From NCBI GenBank assembly GCA_964418005.1, contig CAYQJY010000001.1, positions 1 through 31,334 on the forward strand: DNA of 31,334 bases, given 5' to 3'. The notes under the pieces were generated by a model. The model saw only the letters and a list, made by a program, of their open reading frames with translations. It ran no database searches and was not told the origin of the DNA. Below are positions 9,203 through 17,637 of the stretch, piece after piece. Every line of letters starts with the position of its first letter. Positions within the stretch are counted from its first letter, which is position 1. Source of the DNA: an uncultured Candidatus Peribacteria bacterium. Lineage in GTDB: Bacteria > Patescibacteriota > Gracilibacteria > Peribacterales > Peribacteraceae. The translations under genes and the position numbers were made by a program.

Positions 9203-10040
9203 TGCATTCGGCTTGGAAGCAGGGGATGTTCTTCAGTCCGCCGAGCATGCGCACCGCCTGCCAGATCGGCTCGATGAGCGGGAAACGGAACTGAACGAGG
9301 AATTCTTGGAACATGCCCGCGAACTGCGCGAGCGAGCGGTACGACGCGTCGTACGAGATTGTCAGTGTCAGGAGTTGCATCTCGCGTTGGACGAGGGCTC
9401 GTCTGGCTGCTTGGCAGTTGCCGGGGAGCGTGTTCGTGATGTCTGGGGTCACGTTCCGGCAGCCGTCCATGACAGGGAAGGTCATCGGCAGGCATCCGTC
9501 GATTTCGATGGTAATTGTTTCACCGGATGCCTTCTTCGGCGATCTCGCTGCAAGCTCGCACACCGCACGAAGCCTGCACTGCAATGCTCGAAGCGTTTGC
9601 ACCGTGGGTTGGATGAGATCGCTCGTCGGCGTTTTCCGCACTTCGAAGATGCCGCTGCGGGGGAGTTTCACACACGACTCCTGGATCTCCGGCGTGTTGT
9701 TTTGGCAGAGGAGATCGCTTTCGCTCTGTGAATCCATATCGTCATTCGTCCACGTCTCACCGTCGAATTCATCCGATGGTGATGTCCATTCATCGTCACC
9801 GGTTTTGACCCACGGGTCGCTGTTATCGTCATAGAACACGCTCGTAACGGGTGCGTCCTCGGCGCGGGGGCGACCGAAGAGAACCGCACGTTCCAGGCGT
9901 TGTTCCCGGCCGAATGCATCATAAAGATCGCTGAGGCATTCGGCATTCGTCGGTGCATCCACAGCATTCTGCGCCCATGCGCAGATCGGCAGGAGGAGTG
10001 AGCAGAGAAGTGGGCCTGCGATGAGACGGCGGGCGATCAC
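9195..10040 (-). CDS. Exported Cys-rich hypothetical protein (281 aa), gene 2 of secreted operon
   Basis: Signal peptide ending AWA|Q. 10 Cys in the mature part. GTGA overlap with the upstream stop. Confidence 0.82.
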   Translation of the reverse strand: MIARRLIAGPLLCSLLLPICAWAQNAVDAPTNAECLSDLYDAFGREQRLERAVLFGRPRAEDAPVTSVFYDDNSDPWVKTGDDEWTSPSDEFDGETWTNDDMDSQSESDLLCQNNTPEIQESCVKLPRSGIFEVRKTPTSDLIQPTVQTLRALQCRLRAVCELAARSPKKASGETITIEIDGCLPMTFPVMDGCRNVTPDITNTLPGNCQAARRALVQREMQLLTLTISYDASYRSLAQFAGMFQEFLVQFRFPLIEPIWQAVRMLGGLKNIPCFQAECNE

Positions 10041-13000
10041 GGGAGAAGGCGAATGGTTGGGAATGACTGGAGAGGTGAAGGGTCATCGTCGTGCGGCTTG
10101 AGAATCAGCGGATCGACGCTGCCGAGCGGCGGTGGTTGTGTGACGCGGAGGATGCGTACTTTCAAATCGTCGATCGGTGCATCGTTCGATCGTGAGCCAA
10201 CAACCTCCCATCGGAATCCGGGATCCGTGCGTTCGGCATTGAGGATGTGGCACGCTTCGTCTTCCGGGAGGCAGACAGTGGGCTCGCCACGACGTGTTCC
10301 GACCGACTCGAAATCTTCCGCCAACTGAATGAGCGGGCGAGAGCCGATGCGTTGTGCGCGCTCGAGAAGGTCCATCTCTACCTGTTTGCATGGCAATCTA
10401 TTGAAGTCGTAGCATTTCATCCCTTCTTTGAATTCATACTGGCGTTCGAATTGTTCTTCTCCAGGCTTGAGCGGCCCGATGCTCTTCCAAAAATCTGCAT
10501 ATTGCTCATTCATTTCGGAGACGATTCTTCCAGCAAAGAAGAGAGAGTCTCGAGCACTATTCAGCGTTTCGTTACTCAAAGGCTCCGGTGGTTCCATGCT
10601 CGGCGGCTCTTGAAGTTCATTGCGAACTTCCGGTAATTGTCCGAGGACATCTTCCATCGCGGCGCGGATATCTCCGACAGGAGGAAGCTCTGCCAGTTTC
10701 TCCGTCTTCGGCGGCACTGGAATGTCGATGCGGATCTGGATGGGTTTGAGTACCGGCATTTTTAACGTGCCCGACATCGCTGCTATCGCGGAAAAATCAA
10801 TGATCACGTCCTCTGGGCGTTGTACGAGAGGGAGCCGTGGAAGATTCAGCTCGCTCGTTTCAACCTCATTTGGTTTGGCTTGTCTATATCGTGATTGCAA
10901 CCACGGATCGAGCAGCGAATAGATCGGTGACGTGAAGCGCTGGTTCATGCACCAGGGCAGGTTGGAGCGGTCGGTCATTGTTGCGATCTCGCCCTGGATC
11001 TCGCGCCAGAGTGGCACCAATTCCTGCTCCACGCGTTGCCGGCCTTGGACGATTTGGCGGAGCTGTTCTTCGTGATCTTTGAACCACTGTGCAATCGGTT
11101 CAAGCAGTCGATGTTGTAGGTCGAGGATGGCTCCCGCAGTTTCCGAGGTCTCGGCACGCAGTTCTCTGTAGTCGTCGATGCGCTCGGCATACTCCTCGAG
11201 GCGCTCCATAATTTTTTTAATGTCTTCCGGGACGTCGTCGCAGGTTTTGACGATATTTTTGTTCTTGTACCAGGTGCACCAGTCTGCTGCGCGGGCGCGG
11301 AATTCGGCGGGCGAGCCCATGGGGACGATGACAGGAATCGGCTCTTCTTCCACGTGCAGAAGGATCGATCGTTCGATGTACGCCAATGCCGTTCCGAGCA
11401 CATCTTCGTCCGCTTCCACCTGTAGTTCGATCCTATCGCTGCGGTCAGGGCGTTCTGTTGGATCTTCCGTACCGCTGACGGACGTGAGGAACGGATCGTT
11501 CGGATCGAGACCCATGAACCACGCACTGGGGAGCACGATGCGCAGGACTGGTGCACGCATGAGAGCGGCCATACGCGTCTGTTGTTCCTGCCACCACCGG
11601 GTGTACGCACGCGGATGGCCCGTGTCGTCGAATGCGCGCATGAGGTTACTTTCGGCGAACAAATGCTGTTCGTTGATCTGTGGTGTTGCAGTGAGCGTTC
11701 CATCGTCCAGTTCGTCGAAGGCGAGGAACACATTCCCAAGGTCGCTGTCGTACTGCCCCTTGAAGAGTTTTTCGTTGATGAATGAGAACGCTCCCCCGAG
11801 TTTTTTGTACCAAGTATCTTCTTCGACGTCGAATGCTCCGTTCTCGTCGTTGAGGCCCCCAGGCCGTTGATTCCCCGTATTCGTCGGATCCTTGTCGTCG
11901 ACGTCCGTCTCTTTGTACTCGCCTTTGCCTTGCTGCGTTTCTCGCATGTTCTCAACGTCGATGTTTATGACACAGCGTCGGTCGTTCACTCCGGTCTGAC
12001 GCTTCTTCGGATCGAACTCGTCGTACAGTCCGAAGCAGGTCGTTTGAAAATTCTCCGCGGCACGATCGCCATTCGGGACCTTGTCCCCCGGCATTGCTGC
12101 GCGCGTGAACGACGCATCCGTATAGAGCCTGTAATACGAGCGATATTGTCCGCCTCCCGGTGGATGGAGGCACGCATCCGGGTCGCCATTCTCCGGGTTG
12201 TTTGGGCAGCGACACCGTTGTCCTTCACACTTGCGTGCGTTCGCCCATTCCTCGAGTGGGGGGTCGGCGACCTGGCATGCTGCGTGAAAATTCTCCTCAT
12301 TTATTTCTTCGTCCGTGCATATGTAGAACAGCGCCTCGCGATTGCAGACGAAGATATCTTCGTCCCGCGTTGCTTCGAACCAGTTGCCGTCTGCATCCTG
12401 TTCCCAGTGATCAAACACCGTGATTCTGCGCGGCTGTAGATCTGCACAGTTCTGGTAGAGGAAGGCGTTGGCATATTGGCAGAACTCAAAACACGAGTCG
12501 GCGTTCTCGGTTTCCACGGAGTCTTTGTCCCACGGAAGGAGTGCGGCGTCGGGCACGAGCGGTGTTGGGGGCCATGCTCCGCCCTCCATACGCCAGCGGC
12601 ACGTCGGATCTCCGACGTAGGGGTACGCGAATGTGTGCCAGTTCGCCTGATATTCGATGAATTCTGTGCCGTTGATATCTACCCGTGGTGGGAAAACAGG
12701 AGACCAGATCATGCGCTGCGTTTGATCGATACCCTCCTCGCACGCTGTCGAATACCCTTGGGTTTCGTTCGGAAAGAAAAAATCGTTGTCCTTGTTGTCA
12801 TCACCATCGACGTCCGTGCGCACACCCATGCCAGAGGGAATGTCTTCCCACCAGTTGTGCACGCGGCCAGGCAATCCCTCAACGACAGCGATGTATGGAG
12901 CAACACTGAGATCTTTATCCCATCCGCCGCACTGTGCTTCTTCGAGGTACGGGGGAATGGAATTCTTTGGATCGTTTCCGCGAAGCAATTCTTTCATCTG

Positions 13001-13111
13001 CTCCGCAGAGCTCGGGACGCCACTGGGAATGCTGAGCACTGGTCGCGCGGAGGTCGAAGCGCCGACCGTTAACAGTGCCACCAGAAGCCCCATGCTTGCG
13101 ATTGCACGCAT
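10037..13111 (-). CDS. Large exported Cys-rich/coiled-coil hypothetical protein (1024 aa), gene 1 of secreted operon
   Basis: Preferred start ATG 13111 (MRAIASMGLLVALLTVGAST, signal-like) with TACAAT 7 nt upstream; the ORF track extends it to GTG 13171. 22 Cys, long amphipathic helical segment, Pro-rich C-terminus. Confidence 0.85.
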   Translation of the reverse strand: MRAIASMGLLVALLTVGASTSARPVLSIPSGVPSSAEQMKELLRGNDPKNSIPPYLEEAQCGGWDKDLSVAPYIAVVEGLPGRVHNWWEDIPSGMGVRTDVDGDDNKDNDFFFPNETQGYSTACEEGIDQTQRMIWSPVFPPRVDINGTEFIEYQANWHTFAYPYVGDPTCRWRMEGGAWPPTPLVPDAALLPWDKDSVETENADSCFEFCQYANAFLYQNCADLQPRRITVFDHWEQDADGNWFEATRDEDIFVCNREALFYICTDEEINEENFHAACQVADPPLEEWANARKCEGQRCRCPNNPENGDPDACLHPPGGGQYRSYYRLYTDASFTRAAMPGDKVPNGDRAAENFQTTCFGLYDEFDPKKRQTGVNDRRCVINIDVENMRETQQGKGEYKETDVDDKDPTNTGNQRPGGLNDENGAFDVEEDTWYKKLGGAFSFINEKLFKGQYDSDLGNVFLAFDELDDGTLTATPQINEQHLFAESNLMRAFDDTGHPRAYTRWWQEQQTRMAALMRAPVLRIVLPSAWFMGLDPNDPFLTSVSGTEDPTERPDRSDRIELQVEADEDVLGTALAYIERSILLHVEEEPIPVIVPMGSPAEFRARAADWCTWYKNKNIVKTCDDVPEDIKKIMERLEEYAERIDDYRELRAETSETAGAILDLQHRLLEPIAQWFKDHEEQLRQIVQGRQRVEQELVPLWREIQGEIATMTDRSNLPWCMNQRFTSPIYSLLDPWLQSRYRQAKPNEVETSELNLPRLPLVQRPEDVIIDFSAIAAMSGTLKMPVLKPIQIRIDIPVPPKTEKLAELPPVGDIRAAMEDVLGQLPEVRNELQEPPSMEPPEPLSNETLNSARDSLFFAGRIVSEMNEQYADFWKSIGPLKPGEEQFERQYEFKEGMKCYDFNRLPCKQVEMDLLERAQRIGSRPLIQLAEDFESVGTRRGEPTVCLPEDEACHILNAERTDPGFRWEVVGSRSNDAPIDDLKVRILRVTQPPPLGSVDPLILKPHDDDPSPLQSFPTIRLLP

Positions 13112-13118
13112 GGAGTCG

Positions 13119-13124
13119 ATTGTA
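13119..13124 (-). promoter_or_regulatory. -10 box TACAAT 7 nt before ATG 13111 (leaderless-type promoter of the secreted operon)
   Basis: Minus strand reads TACAAT-cgactcc-ATG. Confidence 0.55.
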
Positions 13125-13199
13125 GCGCAGCAGGATGCCATTTCTTCGCGAGAGACTGCGGTTTTCACCACAGACGTTTCGTTTGTCCAATGTTTCTGT

Positions 13200-13249
13200 T
13201 GTCATGGTTCGTGGCTCGCGGCAGCGGCCGCTCGCACCTCACCATGACA
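13200..13249 (+). repeat. REP-like hairpin TGTCATGG-TTCG-(inner hairpin)-CTCA-CCATGACA
   Basis: Perfect 8-bp stem 13200-13207/13242-13249. Same GTCATGG/CCATGAC stem and TTCG...CTCA loop ends as the copy at 25878-25905. Inner GCGGC/GCCGC stem at 13218-13231. Confidence 0.7.
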
Positions 13250-13296
13250 TTCGTTGGTCTCGGGAGTACTCTCAACATCCAATTTCCTTCGCCACT

Positions 13297-14157
13297 ATGT
13301 TCTCCCTCAATCGCGTCACACTCATCGGCTACCAGACCCAACCCGTCCAGGTTCGCCAAACCCCGTCGGGGACGAGCGTGACGGATCTGAACCTCGTCGT
13401 GCCGGCGCGCATCAAGACGGAGAACGGTGAGACGATCCAGAGCAAGAGTTTTCACACGGTGACGCTGTGGGGACCGGTGGCGGAAGTCGCCGGGCAGTTC
13501 ATTCGCCCAGGGACGCACCTGATGATTGGCGGGCGACTCCAGACGGACAGTTGGGAGGATGAGAAGACGGGGGAGAAGCGGTCGAAGACGAAGGTTGTTG
13601 GCAATGAAATGATTATTTTGGACCCAAAAGCTGGCCAGACGCCCGCTCCGGCGAGCGAGTCGCTCGCTGGCGGTGTGAATCGCGCGGAGGTCATCGGGAA
13701 CGTGACAAAGGATCCCGACATGCGCACGACGACGAGTGGGCAGAAGGTGCTCACAATCGGCGTAGCGACGAATGACCGCTGGAAAGACCGCCAAACGGGC
13801 GAAATGAAGGAAAAATCGGAGTTCCACAATGTCGTGATTTGGGGCTCACTTGCTGAAGATGTCGCACGAAACGTGAAGAAAGGGTCGCGCGTGTATGCCG
13901 TCGGCCGCGTGCAGAGTCGCAGCTGGGAAACGCCGACAGGACAGAAGCGCATTTCCACGGAAATCGTTGCCGACATGGTCTCGATGCTCGGTGTGAAGAA
14001 TAAGGTGGCCGACGAATCGCTCCGTGTCGATGGTGATGCATCGTTCCGTCAATCGTCGCCGAAAGAAGACTTTGCGCAGGAGCCTGCAGCCTCCGTGCCG
14101 AGCATCCCCTCGATCGAGTATAAGAGCGAGGTGAGTGTAGAGGATTTGCCTTTCTAA
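13297..14157 (+). CDS. ssb: Single-stranded DNA-binding protein with two tandem OB folds and acidic DLPF tail (286 aa)
   Basis: OB1: MFSLNRVTLIG...FHTVTLWG...GRLQTDSWED. OB2: GVNRAEVIGNVTKDPDMR...EFHNVVIWG...GRVQSRSWE. Ends SVEDLPF. Start ATG 13297 (the ORF track extends to 13135). Confidence 0.93.
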   Translation: MFSLNRVTLIGYQTQPVQVRQTPSGTSVTDLNLVVPARIKTENGETIQSKSFHTVTLWGPVAEVAGQFIRPGTHLMIGGRLQTDSWEDEKTGEKRSKTKVVGNEMIILDPKAGQTPAPASESLAGGVNRAEVIGNVTKDPDMRTTTSGQKVLTIGVATNDRWKDRQTGEMKEKSEFHNVVIWGSLAEDVARNVKKGSRVYAVGRVQSRSWETPTGQKRISTEIVADMVSMLGVKNKVADESLRVDGDASFRQSSPKEDFAQEPAASVPSIPSIEYKSEVSVEDLPF

Positions 14158-14160
14158 TAA

Positions 14161-14370
14161 TTATTTCTTCTCGGGCTGCACCTGCACCGGTTGCTCGTTG
14201 TTCGCCGCGGCCATCAGAATACGTACGCCACCCAGCGTCACGGCGATTGCGGCGACGATGATGAAGAGTGCTCGCAGGGAATATTGATCCGGCTGCGATA
14301 CGGCTTGTATCTGCTCTGTGAAGCGCGAATCTTGGTAAAAGCCGTCGGGGACATGGACGAAGATCGACAT
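14161..14370 (-). CDS. Small single-TM hypothetical protein (69 aa)
   Basis: One hydrophobic helix (ALFIIVAAIAVTLGGVRILM). TACTAT lies 9 nt upstream of the ATG. Fills the gap between ssb and murB. Confidence 0.55.
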   Translation of the reverse strand: MSIFVHVPDGFYQDSRFTEQIQAVSQPDQYSLRALFIIVAAIAVTLGGVRILMAAANNEQPVQVQPEKK

Positions 14371-14396
14371 GGGTTGCCGATAGTAATCCTCGCGGC

Positions 14397-15287
14397 TTAG
14401 AACGCCAAGCTCCCGTCTGGCTCGATGAAGCGCATCTCAACGTCGAGCGGTTCCGCGATCGTCGATCGTACTTTTTCCACAATCGCCTTCGCGTCGGCGT
14501 AGGTTGCGTCGCCTTTATTGAGCAGGAAGTTTGCGTGTTTTTCCGCGATCTGCACGCCGCCGATCTGCGTGCCGCGTAGTCCTGCGGCATCAATCAACTT
14601 CCATGCGGGTGTGCTGCCCACCGCCTTGAAGCACGAGCCGGCTGTCTTCAGATGCGGCTGTGTGTCGATGCGCACTTGGAGGAGCCGCTGCACCTCGGCC
14701 TGGATTGTTGCAGGGTCGCCGCTCGGAACGTTCAACACAACTTCCCAGATGATCGGCATAATGAACCATTTGTTCGTGTCCTTGGTCCAGCGTTTAAAGG
14801 CACTTTCACGGTAGCCAAAACCACATTCCTCTTTGGTGAATGTTTTCCACGCGTCACCCATGTAGACGATCGCGTTGACGAAGTACGAATCCATCCACGT
14901 GCCCTTTGGCCCCTGTCCTGCGTTGCCGAACACCGCGCCACCGATCGTGCCGGGGATGCCAGTGAGAGGGGAGAGATCGAGTCCTTGTTTTGCGAGCTCA
15001 TTCACGAGCATTGCGAGGTTTGCACCACCACCAACAGTCACAGTGTTGCCGTCGACCCTCACCGCCTGATTACCGATACGCGCGATGAATGCTTCGACAA
15101 TGCCATCACAAAATACGGTGTTGCTTCCACTGCCCAGAAGGATGAGTGGTAGGTGACGCTTGGTTGCAATGCGCACGGATGCTTCAACGTCCTCTTTCGT
15201 CGACATAACGGTGAAAAGGCGCGCCTGTCCACCGATGCGCATGGTGGTTTTACCGCCGACGTTTGCCAACTCTTGGAGTTCCATCAC
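14397..15287 (-). CDS. murB: UDP-N-acetylenolpyruvoylglucosamine reductase
   Basis: TTMRIGG, LGSGSN, GIPGTIGGAVFGNAG, FGYRESAFK, QP..TAGSCFK, EKHANF motifs. Confidence 0.95.
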   Translation of the reverse strand: MMELQELANVGGKTTMRIGGQARLFTVMSTKEDVEASVRIATKRHLPLILLGSGSNTVFCDGIVEAFIARIGNQAVRVDGNTVTVGGGANLAMLVNELAKQGLDLSPLTGIPGTIGGAVFGNAGQGPKGTWMDSYFVNAIVYMGDAWKTFTKEECGFGYRESAFKRWTKDTNKWFIMPIIWEVVLNVPSGDPATIQAEVQRLLQVRIDTQPHLKTAGSCFKAVGSTPAWKLIDAAGLRGTQIGGVQIAEKHANFLLNKGDATYADAKAIVEKVRSTIAEPLDVEMRFIEPDGSLAF

Positions 15288-15748
15288 TTCCCGAGGAATC
15301 GCGCCACGTTCTCCACCGTGTCGGTCAACTTATCGCTCTTCGGCATCTTCTGGATGTACATGAGGAGCGCGCCGAGGAGCGCGACGCCGAGGATGCATCC
15401 GACGATGATCGCGTGTTCCTTCCACGTGAGCGGGAAGCTGCTGAGGAGGAGCACGAGCTGTACGGCGCTGAAGACTGCGACGCCGCCGACCGCGCCAAGC
15501 CCAAGCGACACGAGCACCAAGTGACTCGTGTTCTCGCGACTGTCCTGTGGAGCGGATGCGAGACGTGTCAGGAGATCGCTACTGACGACGATGGAGTTCT
15601 TCCCATGATCCTTGAAGAGCGTCTGCACCTTGCGCTGCAGGATGAGTGTGACGAATGACTGAAACGGCACTGCCGTTCTGCCCTCGATAACAGCCTTCCC
15701 CGGCTCGGGCTTAAAGCTTACTTCCAGTTCGTCTTGGTGGTCGCTCAT
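15284..15748 (-). CDS. Two-TM hypothetical membrane protein (154 aa) coupled to murB
   Basis: Two hydrophobic helices. Stop overlaps the murB start (GTGA). Extended -10 TGG-TACACT lies 7 nt upstream of the ATG. Confidence 0.8.
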   Translation of the reverse strand: MSDHQDELEVSFKPEPGKAVIEGRTAVPFQSFVTLILQRKVQTLFKDHGKNSIVVSSDLLTRLASAPQDSRENTSHLVLVSLGLGAVGGVAVFSAVQLVLLLSSFPLTWKEHAIIVGCILGVALLGALLMYIQKMPKSDKLTDTVENVARFLGK

Positions 15749-15768
15749 GGACAGGAGTGTACCACGGT

Positions 15769-16638
15769 TTAAATGGTGCCGCTCTTCCGTGCGATTTTGC
15801 CCTGAGCGTCTGCCATGCGCATGCAGAGGGAGCGTTTTTCATCTGCATCAAGGTGTGTATCCCGATCCAAGATTTGATTGGCCACACTGATCACATCCAG
15901 CACGTCGGCGAAATGCGCTTTGCGGGCATCTTCGCCCGACGGAGGTCTTGTCACCCATGGCGTTAATTGATCACTAAATGCGTCGAGTGCTGCTTCACGA
16001 ATTATTGGGACTTTTGATTGCATTCGGGCGGCGATTTGCTTTGGTCCGAGCCTCGCACGCCCTTCAGTTTCCTGCTTACCGTGTCTTGTCGCGACATCGC
16101 CGAATTCGTAGTGCAGCCCAGCAAGGAACTGCATCGTTTCGGGTTTCAATTCCGATTCGGTTGGCGGTTTCGAGTAGCCAACGAATCTGCCTGCCCACAG
16201 GAGCCCGAGTGTCCGGAGGGTGGCGTCGGGGTCGTGCCCTCGTTTCTGGCAGTACTCAGCGACGAACTGACGGTAGTCCGCCGGAACATCGCCGTTGCCC
16301 ACCTTTCCGCGTTCGACGATGTCTCGCAACGCTCCCGCTGCGACCGATGTCTTTAAGGTCCAATCTTCATCTGTAAATCCCTCGGCTTTCATCAGATCTT
16401 CTATTCGCGCACGGATGACTCTTTGCAGCGGTTCCGCCCACCCCGGTTTCTCCTGCTTCGGTTTTTTGCTTAATCTCTTCGCATCTTCTATGCGGAATCT
16501 ACGCTCGGCCGCCTGCCGCGCGGCGGTGTTTTTGATGAGCAACCGAAGTTCTTGTTCTACTTCGACACTCACCGAAAGTACGGCATCCGCGGATTGCAGT
16601 GCTACTTCTGCTTTCGACGGGAGCTTGTCGCTTTCCAT
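15769..16638 (-). CDS. Hypothetical helical protein (~289 aa)
   Basis: Long ORF (track 15769..16656) with normal charged composition; first ATG at 16638. No family motif recognised. Confidence 0.7.
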   Translation of the reverse strand: MESDKLPSKAEVALQSADAVLSVSVEVEQELRLLIKNTAARQAAERRFRIEDAKRLSKKPKQEKPGWAEPLQRVIRARIEDLMKAEGFTDEDWTLKTSVAAGALRDIVERGKVGNGDVPADYRQFVAEYCQKRGHDPDATLRTLGLLWAGRFVGYSKPPTESELKPETMQFLAGLHYEFGDVATRHGKQETEGRARLGPKQIAARMQSKVPIIREAALDAFSDQLTPWVTRPPSGEDARKAHFADVLDVISVANQILDRDTHLDADEKRSLCMRMADAQGKIARKSGTI

Positions 16639-16682
16639 CGAGTCGGTATTCTCCACTTCCCGCGTACGGAGTCAATGACCGT

Positions 16683-17456
16683 TTAGCATGTTGGAGACGA
16701 CGCCTTCCAGAGGACTTCGAACCAGGCCCGGAAGGCGTCGGCGATGGGACCGCTCTGAATGCGAATGATGGTGTTCTGGTCGTCGTATGAGAAGAGTGCG
16801 ATCGTGTCGCCGAAGATGATCGTATCGGTCTGGAACGAGGTGCTCTCGGGCAGGAAACGGATCGTATAGTCGTCGTTTTGGGCTACCTCCGCGACGTATG
16901 TTTCCGATGCCGCTCCGCGAACCAGGAGATCGCGTCCGCGCAGCTGCGCGTTCTTCCCAAAGAGCATCGTCACAATGTTCCCGCCGAATGCATCGAACAT
17001 CGCCTGAGGATTAAAAAGTCCGCAGATCTCGCTCTTGAGCGCATCCAAGTATAACTGTCGCATGCCGGCATTGCCCGTGAGTGTGGTGACACGAGGGGCG
17101 CCGGACAACGGCTTTGTAAGTCCTGCCAGGAGAGGAAGTACACCCTCAACGAGCGGTACGAGCGATCGCAGGTCGCGTTCGCGCTCTTCGATCATCGTAA
17201 GGAGCCGCTCCGGAGGCTCGGCGATGAAGTGCGTGATCTTCCCGCGTTCAACTTCGGACACGAGTCCTTTCTCCTTCAAGCTTCGCAACACGAGGTAGGT
17301 GTGACTGCGTGATTGCTTCGCAGCTCTCGCGATGTCCGTGGCACGTCCGACTTTGAGTGGTAGAAGTGCGAGGTAGACCTCGATTTCTTTTTCCTCTAAT
17401 CCTAGGCGGAAGAGGAGAGGTCGAACGGCTGAAAATCCTGTCGTTGAGGTGCTCAT
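16683..17456 (-). CDS. TrmB-family transcriptional regulator (winged HTH plus C-terminal effector domain)
   Basis: LGLEEKEIEVYLALL...ATDIARAAKQSRSHTYLVLRSLKEKGLV...AEPPERL, then a coiled linker and C-terminal domain ending FRAWFEVLW. Confidence 0.9.
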   Translation of the reverse strand: MSTSTTGFSAVRPLLFRLGLEEKEIEVYLALLPLKVGRATDIARAAKQSRSHTYLVLRSLKEKGLVSEVERGKITHFIAEPPERLLTMIEERERDLRSLVPLVEGVLPLLAGLTKPLSGAPRVTTLTGNAGMRQLYLDALKSEICGLFNPQAMFDAFGGNIVTMLFGKNAQLRGRDLLVRGAASETYVAEVAQNDDYTIRFLPESTSFQTDTIIFGDTIALFSYDDQNTIIRIQSGPIADAFRAWFEVLWKASSPTC

Positions 17457-17459
17457 ATG

Positions 17460-17479
17460 TTGTCTATAAGTATAGACAA
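17460..17479. promoter_or_regulatory. Perfect palindrome TTGTCTATA-AG-TATAGACAA, probable operator overlapping the TrmB-gene promoter
   Basis: 9-bp arms at 17460-17468 and 17471-17479 are exact reverse complements, 3 nt from the TrmB ATG. Contains a minus-strand TATACT (17469-17474). Confidence 0.7.
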
Positions 17480-17637
17480 TTTGATATTAAAAGTACACAT
17501 ATGGCTTATAAGTAATAGTAATTAATACACCTGTAAACATGGACAAAATGTATATCCATGAAATAATAAGTTCATCCAGTCAACGTTGATTGGATGATCT
17601 TTCACATCGTTCGATTCCCTTTAGAAGGAGTATTTCG

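Noticed and set aside
10880-10888. TTGTCTATA, a half-site of the TrmB palindrome
   Set aside because: Single half-site inside a CDS with no second arm; expected by chance.
4375-13111. Secreted operon as a conjugative T4SS or prophage module
   Set aside because: No VirB4/TraC or coupling ATPase, relaxase, pilin, integrase or virion motifs here or nearby; the resemblance to TraN/TraU is only compositional.
13135-13296. ORF-track N-terminal extensions of ssb (and of 10037..13171, 17590, 25013, 25943, 26782, 29769)
   Set aside because: The extensions translate repeats, promoters or SD regions; downstream ATGs match domain starts or have proper signals.
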